From: an uncultured Myxococcales bacterium
Lineage (GTDB): Bacteria; Myxococcota_A; UBA9042
Direction of reading: 5' to 3'
Length of the DNA: 51,736 bases
Assembly: GCA_903869075.1 (NCBI GenBank)
Contig: CAIPXZ010000676.1
Coordinates: forward strand, 1 to 51,736
Shown: in pieces, positions 1 through 8,774 of the stretch
Numbering within the stretch: the stretch's first letter is position 1
Layout of the letters: each line of letters opens with the position of its first letter
Position numbers and translations under genes: made by a program
Notes under the pieces: generated by a model
Seen by the model: only the letters and a program-made list of their open reading frames with translations
What the model was told of the DNA's origin: nothing
Database searches by the model: none

Positions 1-1
1 A

Positions 2-520
2 CAACTGCTGCAGGGCGCGCCGGCTGCTGCTGCGCCTGCCGTGGCCCGCAACGTACCGCCCGCGCCGCCGGTGAAGGCCGTGGTGCCGCCCACGCCCGCG
101 CGCGTGCCGCCTGCGCCGCCGCCGGTTGTCACGCCACCGCCGCCGCCGCCCGCGCCGAACCGCACGGGCTTGATCGCCGGGCTTGTCGTGGCCGGCATCG
201 TCGTCATCGGTGGTGGTGCCTTCCTGGCCCTGCGTGGCGGCACGCCCGCCGCGCCTGCGCCTGCGCCCGCGCCGCCTGCGCCGCCGCCGCCGGCCGAACC
301 GGACGTCGTGTCGACGCCCGACGTGCCGCCCGCGCCCGACATCCAGCCTGACGTGCCGCCGGACATCCCGCCCGCGCCGGACGTAGCGCCGGACGTCGAG
401 AAGCCCAAGGCCAAGCCGCCGGTGCACAAGCCCGACGTCAAGCCCGAGGTCAAGCCGGCGACGCCGGAGACCAAACCGCCGGAAAAGAAGCCGGATCCCA
501 ATCGCCCGCCGGTTTTCTGA
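2..520 (+). CDS. 3' part of a Pro-rich single-pass membrane protein (5' truncated by window edge)
   Basis: The frame of ORF 41..520 is open back to base 2. It has one hydrophobic helix (GLIAGLVVAGIVVIGGGAFLAL) flanked by Pro/Ala-rich and PDV/KP-repeat low-complexity segments. Confidence 0.7.
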   Translation, partial: QLLQGAPAAAAPAVARNVPPAPPVKAVVPPTPARVPPAPPPVVTPPPPPPAPNRTGLIAGLVVAGIVVIGGGAFLALRGGTPAAPAPAPAPPAPPPPAEPDVVSTPDVPPAPDIQPDVPPDIPPAPDVAPDVEKPKAKPPVHKPDVKPEVKPATPETKPPEKKPDPNRPPVF

Positions 521-532
521 GAGCCATCGCCG

Positions 533-1147
533 ATGCCCGACGCCTATTTTTCCCTACCGCGTTCGCTCAAGCCCGCGGCTTTTTTTGAGCGCCATCTGCC
601 GACCCTGCCGCTGCGCTTGCCGGCGATTTCGCTGCCGGATCGCGTCGTCTACCACGTCGTCGGCGGCGGCGCGTGGTCGGTGGCGCTTGTGGACGGCAAG
701 CTGGACGTGCAGCCCGGCGTCGTCGGGCCGATTGGCCTGCAGATCACCGCGACCGAAGCGCATTTTCGCGAAGCGGTGACCGGGGCGCTGCGCGAGCGGC
801 AAGTCGCGGTGCTCCAGCGGCTGCGGCAGCCGGTGGAAGTGCCGGATCTGCGTGGGCTGCGCGTCGACCCGGCGCGGATCCGCGCGGCGATCGCCGTTGG
901 CGGCAGCCTGGCGATCGTCATCCATGACCGCGAATTTGACGACCGCTATCGCTACGTGCTGACCATCGGCGCCGGTCCGGCGGCGTATGACAAGGCGACG
1001 ACGACGATCGAGGTCGATGCCGACGACCTGGTGGCGCTGGGCGCGGCGCGCACGCCGCCGATGGCGGTGCTCGTCAGCGGTAAGCTGCGGCTCGCCGGCG
1101 ACATTGGCCTGCCCGGCAAGCTGCTGCGGACGCTGCTGGGCCAGTAA
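533..1147 (+). CDS. SCP2 sterol/lipid-binding domain protein, apparently two SCP2-like domains
   Basis: Two segments resemble SCP2 (GGGAWSVALVDGKLDVQPG...ITATEAHF and TTIEVDADDLVAL...SGKLRLAGDIGL). Starts 12 bp after the upstream stop. Confidence 0.6.
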   Translation: MPDAYFSLPRSLKPAAFFERHLPTLPLRLPAISLPDRVVYHVVGGGAWSVALVDGKLDVQPGVVGPIGLQITATEAHFREAVTGALRERQVAVLQRLRQPVEVPDLRGLRVDPARIRAAIAVGGSLAIVIHDREFDDRYRYVLTIGAGPAAYDKATTTIEVDADDLVALGAARTPPMAVLVSGKLRLAGDIGLPGKLLRTLLGQ

Positions 1148-1153
1148 ATCCGC

Positions 1154-1903
1154 TTAGTGAACGACCACTTGCCGGCAGATGGTGCGCAGCGCGCTGGCGT
1201 CCGCCGCCGCCAAGCCCGCCGGCGTCCACGTCACGGCGCTGGCATCCACGTGGAACAGCGTCACGGCAAAAACGCACGCCGCGAGGTACGTGCCCGCCAC
1301 CTGCGGATGCGAGCCATCGGGCTGATACAGCGCAATTTCAGGGTGTTGCGTGAGCGCCAGCTGCCACGCGTCGCCCACCGGCACGCGCACGCCGCCCGCG
1401 CGCGTCGCCGCCTGCTGGTAGCCGTCCCGCAGCTTTTGGCCCAGCGCCGGCGCACTGCCGCCTGACCACGGCTGTTGGTACACAGCATCGCCCGGCTGCC
1501 GCGGCCAGGTCTGGTAGAACGCCACCGCCGCGCCGGTTTTGTGCACGGCGTCCGCCAGCGTCTGCGCCGCGGCGAGGAACGGCGCGCGGTCAGCGGCCGG
1601 CTCCAGCGACTGGCCCTGCAGCACCACGTGGCTCCAGCCGCCCTGGGCGATTGTCGCCAGCGCCGCTGTCTGGCCCAGCAGCCCGGCCAGCGTCGCGCCG
1701 CCCAGCGTCACCGAGGCCTGCCGCACCTGCGCGCCGCCAGCCTCGGCAAAGCGCACGGTCATCGCCGGCAAATCGTTGACAAAAGTGTAGCTGTTGCCCA
1801 AAAACAGCACGTTCGCTGGCACTTGCGGCCGGGCGACGTCGGGCGTCGTCGACGGCTTGTGACACGCGGCCAACAACGTCAGCGTCAGCAGCCAGCGCGC
1901 CAT
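1154..1903 (-). CDS. SGNH/GDSL-like hydrolase lipoprotein
   Basis: Lipobox LLAAC, block I VLFLGNSYT and C-terminal DGSHP (DxxH). ATG at 1903 overlaps the upstream stop (TGATG). Confidence 0.8.
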   Translation of the reverse strand: MARWLLTLTLLAACHKPSTTPDVARPQVPANVLFLGNSYTFVNDLPAMTVRFAEAGGAQVRQASVTLGGATLAGLLGQTAALATIAQGGWSHVVLQGQSLEPAADRAPFLAAAQTLADAVHKTGAAVAFYQTWPRQPGDAVYQQPWSGGSAPALGQKLRDGYQQAATRAGGVRVPVGDAWQLALTQHPEIALYQPDGSHPQVAGTYLAACVFAVTLFHVDASAVTWTPAGLAAADASALRTICRQVVVH

Positions 1904-4062
1904 CAGTAGTCCCGCTCCCGCGCCGCGCGGAACACCTTGCCGGCGTTCTTGCACTCCTGCCGCGCCGCGAATTCAAGGTGCCGCGTTGCCAGCGGCTTGT
2001 CCTCCGCCGCCGCCTGGTACGCCGCGCGCAGCACCGCGTTCTTGATGTGGCCGCCGGACAGCTCAAAACGCTCGCCCAAATCGTCCCAGTCGACGTCGTC
2101 ATCGACCGGACACGCCTTGGGAATCAGCGTTTGCCAGATGTGCGCGCGGTATTCGCGCTCGGGAAACGGGAAGTGGATCTTGAAGCCGATGCGCCGCTGG
2201 AACGCCTTGTCGATGTTCTTTTCGAGGTTGGTCGTCAGCAAGACAATGCCCTCGAAGTTCTCGATTTCCTGCAGCAAAATGTTGGTCGCCATGTTGCTAT
2301 ACCGGTCGACCGAGCTCTCGACCTTGGTACGGCTGGCGAACAGCGAGTCGGCCTCGTCGAACAGCAAAATGCCGTGCGAGGCCCGCGCCGACTCGAAGAT
2401 TTTCTCAATGTTCTTCTCGGTTTCGCCGATCCACTTGCTGACAACGCGCGGGATCGAGATCTGGAACAGTTGCTGGTCCAGCTCATGCGCCAGGATCGTC
2501 GCGCACAGCGTCTTGCCGGTGCCCGGCTCGCCGGAGAACAGCGCGATGAGGCCCTTGCCGGTGGACATCTTCTGGCCAAAACCCCAGTGATGCAGCACGG
2601 TTCCGCGGTGCTTGGCGGCGGTGAACAGCTCCTCGATGTCCTCGCGCGTCTCCGGCGGCACCACAAGGTCGCCCAGCGTCAGGTCGTACTTGCGGCGCAC
2701 CGCGTACTCGTCCAAGGACGCGCGGATCTGCTCGTGGCACGCCCGCCGCAGGATTTCATGCGTAATCACAGGATGTTGCGGATCGGCCGCCATCGCACGG
2801 TTGACCGCCACCTGCATGGCGTTGCGGATCAGCGCGCCCGGGAACGCATACTGGCCAGCCAGCGCCTCGACGTCGCAGTCCGCGGCGATCGCCACGCCAT
2901 CGGGCTTGTGCAGGCGGAAAATGCGCGCCCGCTCCGCCGCCGCCGGCGTCTCCAGCACCAGCCGCTGCACCACGAAGCGGTCGACAAGCGCGTCCAGCGC
3001 GCCGGTATCGCGGGACGTCAGCACCACGATTCCGGCGTGGCTGGCGAACGCGTCCTGCAGCAGCCCCAGCCGCGTCGAGCCCTTGCCGCACAGGTTGTCC
3101 ACGCCGTCCAGCACGAGGATCGCGTCGCCCAGCCGCGCCTGGTCCAGCGAGCTGTACAGGTTGCGCGCTACGTCCGCGTCCGGCTGCTCGGCCAGCCGCA
3201 CCGCGTCCAGCTCCAGCAGCGGCTTGGCCAGGTGCCGCGCCAGCGCGTGGACGAGCATCGTCTTGCCGGTGCCTGGCGGCCCGGAAATCTCGACAACAAG
3301 CGCCGCCGGCAGGGCAAACGGCGAGGCGTCGTGCGGCTGCGCGGTGCGCGCGTTGTGCTGGCGCAGCAGGCTCAGCAGCGGCTCGATCTGCCCCGCCGGC
3401 AGCACGACCGCGTCCAGCGTCACTGTCGGCCAGGAAAACGCCGCCATGCCGGCCATCGACGTGTCCAGCAGCCCCTGCTCGCCCAGCAGCAGCTGCATCG
3501 CCCGCGGCGCCGGCACGATCTCCTGGCCCAGCAGGTTGTCCGCGGTGCCGCCCGGCGGCCGATCCAGCGCGATCAGCCGCGCCGCCCGCAGCGGCCCATC
3601 CGGGGCAAAACGCGCGCGCACTGCCAGCCGCTCGACCGGATCTTGCACAAGGAATTCAAGGCACAGCCGCACGTCCACGGTGTTGGCAAGCAGGTTGTCG
3701 TTGAACCGCGCGATCGCGTCGCGCAGATCGACGTCGACGTGCGGCGCCACGGCCAGCGTCAGGATCTCGCGATCCAGCGCGTCCAGGCCGTGCTGCGCCG
3801 CCAGTGCGGCGATCGGCAGCTGCAGGTCCAGCGCCGCGGCTTCGGCTTCCACGCGCGCCAGCGCGTCGGCCAGCACGCGCACGTCGGCGCGCGCGGGATC
3901 GGCGGACTGCAGCGCCTCGTCCTCGGTCAGCCCGGCGGCGCGCGCTTGCCGCACTTGCGTCGCCAGGCTCAGCCGCGTGCGCAACAGCCGGCACGCCGTC
4001 GCCAGCCACTGCAGGCACAGGCGCAGGCGGGTTTGGGCGTCGGGCGCGGTCGGTAAGGGCAT
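1903..4062 (-). CDS. Two-domain AAA+ ATPase with helical N-terminal domain (Afp15/Pvc15-like architecture)
   Basis: Walker A motifs GPPGTGKT and GEPGTGKT; Walker B LVLDGVD (degenerate) and LLFDEAD; pore loop VVSKWIGETEKN; TTN and AFQRRI motifs; ELSGGHIKNA. Confidence 0.85.
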   Translation of the reverse strand: MPLPTAPDAQTRLRLCLQWLATACRLLRTRLSLATQVRQARAAGLTEDEALQSADPARADVRVLADALARVEAEAAALDLQLPIAALAAQHGLDALDREILTLAVAPHVDVDLRDAIARFNDNLLANTVDVRLCLEFLVQDPVERLAVRARFAPDGPLRAARLIALDRPPGGTADNLLGQEIVPAPRAMQLLLGEQGLLDTSMAGMAAFSWPTVTLDAVVLPAGQIEPLLSLLRQHNARTAQPHDASPFALPAALVVEISGPPGTGKTMLVHALARHLAKPLLELDAVRLAEQPDADVARNLYSSLDQARLGDAILVLDGVDNLCGKGSTRLGLLQDAFASHAGIVVLTSRDTGALDALVDRFVVQRLVLETPAAAERARIFRLHKPDGVAIAADCDVEALAGQYAFPGALIRNAMQVAVNRAMAADPQHPVITHEILRRACHEQIRASLDEYAVRRKYDLTLGDLVVPPETREDIEELFTAAKHRGTVLHHWGFGQKMSTGKGLIALFSGEPGTGKTLCATILAHELDQQLFQISIPRVVSKWIGETEKNIEKIFESARASHGILLFDEADSLFASRTKVESSVDRYSNMATNILLQEIENFEGIVLLTTNLEKNIDKAFQRRIGFKIHFPFPEREYRAHIWQTLIPKACPVDDDVDWDDLGERFELSGGHIKNAVLRAAYQAAAEDKPLATRHLEFAARQECKNAGKVFRAARERDY

Positions 4063-4130
4063 GGCATCCTGACGGGCGTCTCGCGCCCTCGCGGCAAGCG
4101 TAGCGCATGCCGCAACCTGCCGTCACGCCT

Positions 4131-5114
4131 TCAGCCCGGCGTCTCGCTGCGAGGCGGAACCTGCCGCGGGATCGGCGGCGGCGGTGGCGCCTTGGGCAGC
4201 GTGTTGAGCTGGTTCATCGCCATCATCTCACGCATCTGCCGCTGCATGCCCTCGGTCGAGCCGTCGAGGAAGATCACGTTGCCCTTGCCCTGTTCGGCAA
4301 AATGCTTCAGCGATTCCGTCCACATGAAGAACAGCAAAAAGCCCGGGTCCAGCCCCGCCGCCTTCATCTGCTCCACGGACTGCCGCACACCCTTGGCCAT
4401 CTCCTCGCGGAACTGCGCCACGCCCTGGCCTTGCAGCTTGCTGGCCTCGCGCTGCGCCTCCGCCGAGATCTGGATCGCGCGGCCTTCCGCTTCCGCTGCC
4501 TTGGTCTTGGTGATCAGCAGCGCCTGGCCCTCGTTTTCCGCCGCCGCGCGCATGTTCGCCGACGCCACGACCTTGGCCATGGACGTCATGATGACCTCGT
4601 CAAAAACGATGTCGTTCATCTGCAAGTCGATGAGATGATAGCCCCAATCTTCCAAGCTGGCGTCCAGCTGCGACTTCACTTCGTGCACGATCTCGCGGCG
4701 CAGGCTCAAAATCTCCGACTGCCGCTTGGTCGCCACGAACGAGCGCACGCTGCCTTCCACCGTCCGCACCAGCGCCTGCATGAAGCTGCGGTCGTCGATG
4801 AACTTGAACGCGACGTTCTTGATCGTCTCCTCGTCGTGGTTCAGCACCGCATAGAGCAGCATCGCCTTGAAGCCGACGGTCGCCTGGTCCGAGGTAATGG
4901 CTTGGAATTCAAGCTCGACCGAGCGGTTCTGGATCGAGATCCGCCGGTAGATCGACTCGACAAGTGGCAGCTTGATGTTCAAGCCCGGGCGCAGCACGCG
5001 GCCGTATTTGCCGAACATCGTGACGACGGCGACGGTGCCCTGGCTGACCGTCACGAACGACGAAAACAGCACGATCAGGCCGATGAAGATCGCAAAACCA
5101 AGCAGCGGAACCAT
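4131..5114 (-). CDS. SPFH/band 7/prohibitin domain membrane protein
   Basis: N-terminal TM helix, then FGKYGRVLRPGLNIKLP and a coiled-coil KAAEAE region. ATG at 5114 has GGAGG 5 nt upstream. Confidence 0.9.
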   Translation of the reverse strand: MVPLLGFAIFIGLIVLFSSFVTVSQGTVAVVTMFGKYGRVLRPGLNIKLPLVESIYRRISIQNRSVELEFQAITSDQATVGFKAMLLYAVLNHDEETIKNVAFKFIDDRSFMQALVRTVEGSVRSFVATKRQSEILSLRREIVHEVKSQLDASLEDWGYHLIDLQMNDIVFDEVIMTSMAKVVASANMRAAAENEGQALLITKTKAAEAEGRAIQISAEAQREASKLQGQGVAQFREEMAKGVRQSVEQMKAAGLDPGFLLFFMWTESLKHFAEQGKGNVIFLDGSTEGMQRQMREMMAMNQLNTLPKAPPPPPIPRQVPPRSETPG

Positions 5115-5263
5115 GGCGCCTCCCGAGTGATGTGGGCAACGCCGCGATCGTACGCCGCTTGCGGGGCGATGGCAAAACGCAAGCGGCGACCGCCCAGGGG
5201 AGCACAATCCCGGGCGGTCGCCGCTTCACCTCGACGGGCGAGGCCATTTTGTCAGGGCAGCTG

Positions 5264-5989
5264 CTACGGCAGCGTCGCCTTGACGTCGATCTTGAGCACC
5301 ACGCCATCGCGGATCAGGTCGTTGGGCATGCCCGCGAACACGATGCCGAAGTCCTTGCGGTTGATGGAGAATTCCGTCTTGCCGGTCACGTCCTTGCCGG
5401 CCACCGCGATGGTCGCCGCGAACTCGATGTCCTTGGTGACGCCGCGCAGCTCAAGCTTGCCCTTGACCACGTGCGTCGCGCCTTTCTCGCCCGCCTTGGC
5501 GGTGATTTCGCTGGACGTGAACGTCGCGGTCGGGAACTTGGCGACGTCAAAGAAGTCCGGGCTCTTCAGGTGGCCTTCCAGCTTTTCTTTCATCGGGTTG
5601 GCGTCGGTCTCGGTGAGGCTGGCGGTCTGCACCGTGAAGTTCAGGCTGCCGCCCTCCGGCTTGCCGTCCTTCAGCGCGACGGTGCCCTTCCAGTCCTTGA
5701 ATTCGCCGGCGTGCGAGCCGGTGACCTTGGAGCCGATGAAGCCGATGGTGCCGGTGAGCGCGACGCCGTCGGCGGCGGGCGCGGCGGTCGGCGACGGCGC
5801 AGCGGCGGGGGCAACGGTCGGCGAGGCGGGCGCGGGCGGTTCCGCCGGCTTCTCTTCGGGCTTGGCTTCCGGCGCGGGCTCCGAGACCTTGGCCGCGGGC
5901 GCGTCCTTGGACGGGTCCTTGGCGCAACCGGCGAGCGCGGTCAGCGCGGAGAGAGAGGCCACGAGAATCAAAGAGCGGTACAGCGACAT
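5264..5989 (-). CDS. YceI family lipid/polyisoprenoid-binding lipoprotein
   Basis: Lipobox LAGC, Pro/Ala linker, HLKSPDFFDVAKFPTATFTS, GKLELRGVTK and INRKDFGI. Confidence 0.9.
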   Translation of the reverse strand: MSLYRSLILVASLSALTALAGCAKDPSKDAPAAKVSEPAPEAKPEEKPAEPPAPASPTVAPAAAPSPTAAPAADGVALTGTIGFIGSKVTGSHAGEFKDWKGTVALKDGKPEGGSLNFTVQTASLTETDANPMKEKLEGHLKSPDFFDVAKFPTATFTSSEITAKAGEKGATHVVKGKLELRGVTKDIEFAATIAVAGKDVTGKTEFSINRKDFGIVFAGMPNDLIRDGVVLKIDVKATLP

Positions 5990-6080
5990 GAAAGATCTCC
6001 GAATGATTGGGCAAAAGCCACAGGTTGCTGGGACTCGCGTGCGGCCAGTCGGCGCGCAACCTCACAAATCAGCGGGTGCA

Positions 6081-6108
6081 AAGATAACGCACTGCGTCGT
6101 AGAGGCAA
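6081..6108 (-). promoter_or_regulatory. Putative sigma70-type promoter of the YceI gene
   Basis: Minus-strand TTGCCT-N16-TATCTT about 90 bp upstream of the ATG. Confidence 0.35.
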
Positions 6109-6163
6109 GGGCCAATGCGCGAATTCAGCGTTTCTATTGGCGAACAATCGTGACGCAGCGCGC

Positions 6164-6961
6164 TCAGCGGCCGGTAAACTGCGGTGGTCGCTTGGCCAGC
6201 AGCGCGGCGACGCCCTCTTTGGCGTCGTCGGTTTCAACCGTCGCAGCTTGGGCAAAAGCCTCGCGCCACGCCGCAGTTCGCGCGTCCCAGCCCACGCCCT
6301 GGTAGATCGACTTCTTCATCATCCGCACCGCGATCGGCGCGTTCTGGGCGATCTCGTGGGCCAGGCGCATTGTTTCCGCCAGCACCTCAGTCGCTGGCAC
6401 CGCGCGCAGGAACAGCCCCAGATCGACGCCCTCCTGGCCAGAGAACAGCCGCCCGGTGAACAGCAGCTCGCAGGCGCGCGGCACGCCTACAAGCCGCGGC
6501 AGCAGGTAGCTGATCGCCATGCCGGCGTGCAGCCCGAGCTTGGCAAAATTGGCGCCGTACTTGGCGTCGGTGGCGACGATGCGGATGTCGCTCATCAGCG
6601 ACAGGCCAAAACCGCCGCCGACGGCATGGCCTTGCAGCGCACCCAGCACGGGCACCTCGACGTCGCCCAGCGACAGGAATGGCTCGTACATCGCCGCCGA
6701 CCGCTCCGGCGACGACAGGTGCGCGCCGTCCCGTTGGATTTGACTGCGAAAGTCCGCGCCGGCGCTGAAGCAGGCGCCGCTGCCCGTCACCACCACGCAG
6801 CGCACGTCCGCCAGCGCGCGCACGTCGCGCACGGCTTGGGCAAAAGCGTCCAGCAGCTCGGGCGTCATGCTGTTGCGGTTGTCCGGCCGGTTCAGCTGCA
6901 GGATCGCCACCGCGCCGTCCTGCCGCAGCAGCACCGCCGGTTCGTTGGGGCTCTGGGGCAT
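6164..6961 (-). CDS. Enoyl-CoA hydratase/isomerase (crotonase) family protein
   Basis: LNRPDNRNSM, CFSAGAD, GHAVGGGFGL and APIAVRMMKK motifs. Start placed at ATG 6961. Confidence 0.9.
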   Translation of the reverse strand: MPQSPNEPAVLLRQDGAVAILQLNRPDNRNSMTPELLDAFAQAVRDVRALADVRCVVVTGSGACFSAGADFRSQIQRDGAHLSSPERSAAMYEPFLSLGDVEVPVLGALQGHAVGGGFGLSLMSDIRIVATDAKYGANFAKLGLHAGMAISYLLPRLVGVPRACELLFTGRLFSGQEGVDLGLFLRAVPATEVLAETMRLAHEIAQNAPIAVRMMKKSIYQGVGWDARTAAWREAFAQAATVETDDAKEGVAALLAKRPPQFTGR

Positions 6962-6971
6962 CGTCACGGCC

Positions 6972-7571
6972 TCACTCGGTCTCAAAATCGTGGAAGAAGC
7001 CGGCGGAGGTCGTTGAATCGCAGCCGGACATGGTCGCCGCCGGATCGCCCTCCAGCACCAGGTGGAACGTGGCCATCACGCCGTCGCAGTCCTGATCGCC
7101 GTAAGCCGACATCGTGGCATTGGCGGCGCTGAGCGTCCCGCTGCCCTGGAACGCGTATTGGTAGTAGTGCTGCGCGGCGAGGCCAAAGCCCAGCGCTTCC
7201 CACACCGGCACGTCAAAAGCGTGCGGGTCCTCGTCGCAGCGGCCATCGGCGTCCTTGTCCACCGTCGAGTCACAGCAGGACGCGGCGATGGGTGTGATGC
7301 CGACGCCGGGCGGAAACTGGCACGGCACGCGGGTTCCGTCCGTGAGCGTGCGCGGCGAAGAATAGTAGATGGTCGCGCCCTTTTTCATCACGTCCAGCAT
7401 CAGCGTAGCCTCCGCCGTGCGGGCCATGCGCATGTGGTGCGTGAATTGCGGTACCGCGACCGTCGCGAGGATCGCGATGATCGCCACGCTGACCATCAAC
7501 TCCAGCAGCGTGAAACCGCGCGCGGCGCGGCCGGGGGCAACAGGTCGGGTCTGTGGCAGGCGCGTGCGCAC
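6972..7571 (-). CDS. Type IV pilin (PilA-like)
   Basis: Class III signal ARG|FTLLELMVSVAIIAILATVAVPQF with E5, AEA helix, Cys residues and C-terminal GDQDCDG. GTG start with GGAG upstream. Confidence 0.85.
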   Translation of the reverse strand: MRTRLPQTRPVAPGRAARGFTLLELMVSVAIIAILATVAVPQFTHHMRMARTAEATLMLDVMKKGATIYYSSPRTLTDGTRVPCQFPPGVGITPIAASCCDSTVDKDADGRCDEDPHAFDVPVWEALGFGLAAQHYYQYAFQGSGTLSAANATMSAYGDQDCDGVMATFHLVLEGDPAATMSGCDSTTSAGFFHDFETE

Positions 7572-7607
7572 GGGCGGATCTCCAAACGACGGGTGGTCAT
7601 GTACAAG

Positions 7608-7635
7608 AGTGTAGCGCGCCTTGCGCTCTTCGCAA
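7608..7635 (-). promoter_or_regulatory. Putative sigma70-type promoter of the pilin gene
   Basis: Minus-strand TTGCGA-N16-TACACT, 36 bp upstream of the GTG start. Confidence 0.4.
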
Positions 7636-7718
7636 AATGCCGGGCAAAATACTTGTGAATTGGCGGCGGCGTGGTGTTTGCGTTAAGCTGCGTTCCGCTT
7701 GAGCGAAGGAGTGTTGCG

Positions 7719-8768
7719 GTGGTAGCTGGCGTCTGCATCGATTGCGGTCACCCTGTTGGGTCTGGCAAACGGCCTTGTCCGGAATGCGGCTGCCCGGAGC
7801 CGATGCCCACCAAGGCGCGGCACAAATGCGCGGCGTGCGGCAATGGCGTGATGACCATCAAGCAGCCGTGCACGCACTGTGGCGCGCCAGACCCGCTGGA
7901 TCCTGGCCCGGTGATGCCCGCGGTGATCCGCTGCGCACAGTGCGGCAACCCGACCCACGTCGCCGCTGCGCAGTGCCGCAAGTGCCGCACCGCCAGCGGC
8001 AGCTTTGTCGCCAACGCCGCTGCGCCGGCCTTTCGCGAGTCCGCCGAGATGAGCCGCGCCGCCGCCGAAGCGCGCGGTGTAGCGGCGGCGCAAGGTCGTC
8101 CGACGTCCGCTGGCCACCCAGCCCAAGCCACGCCGCTGGCTGCGCCGCTGTGGGACCCGACCAAAGTGCGCCCGGAGTCCGCCGCCGTCGCGCCGGTTCC
8201 GCCACGCCGGCCGCCGAGCGAAGCCGCCGTGGTGTTTCCGCGCGCCGCCGAGTCCGAGCCCGACCCGCTGGCGCCGCCGACCGCCGCCGTCAGTAACCGC
8301 ATCCCCTGTGGCCGCTGCGGCGAGCTCCAGCCGCGCGGCACCGCCAAGTGCGTGCGCTGCGGCGTGGACGACCCGATCAATGCCGAGTCGTTGGCGCGCC
8401 GCAAGCCCTTGTTCGGCTTTGTGAATGTGCCGACCTTGCCGGCCGTGGTGACCTTGCTGGGCCTGCTGGGCTTGGGCGCGCTGACGATTTATACGCACGT
8501 GGTCAAGGAAGAGCAGCGCAAGCAGCGCGTCTGGGAGGCGCTCGGCTCGCGCGCTTCCGAGGAAAAAGTGGCGGCGCTGGAGAAAGAGGCGGCGGACATC
8601 GGCGTGTCGACCGACGTGTTGCTGCGCATCCGCTTTTATTGCCTGCACCGCGAGCCGCAGCGGCCGTCGTCCGCCGCGCTGCGCCAGACGCGGATTGCCG
8701 CCGAGCGCGATGGCCGCGATCCGGAGACCGCCGTGAGCGACGCGGCGCGCGGCGCGTGCGGTCGGTAG
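7719..8768 (+). CDS. Multi zinc-ribbon (CxxC repeat) membrane-anchored protein
   Basis: Eight CxxC pairs (CIDC, CPEC, CAAC, CTHC, CAQC, CRKC, CGRC, CVRC), Pro-rich linker and one TM helix. GTG 7719 follows GAAGGAG. Confidence 0.75.
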   Translation: MVAGVCIDCGHPVGSGKRPCPECGCPEPMPTKARHKCAACGNGVMTIKQPCTHCGAPDPLDPGPVMPAVIRCAQCGNPTHVAAAQCRKCRTASGSFVANAAAPAFRESAEMSRAAAEARGVAAAQGRPTSAGHPAQATPLAAPLWDPTKVRPESAAVAPVPPRRPPSEAAVVFPRAAESEPDPLAPPTAAVSNRIPCGRCGELQPRGTAKCVRCGVDDPINAESLARRKPLFGFVNVPTLPAVVTLLGLLGLGALTIYTHVVKEEQRKQRVWEALGSRASEEKVAALEKEAADIGVSTDVLLRIRFYCLHREPQRPSSAALRQTRIAAERDGRDPETAVSDAARGACGR

Positions 8769-8774
8769 CTGCCG

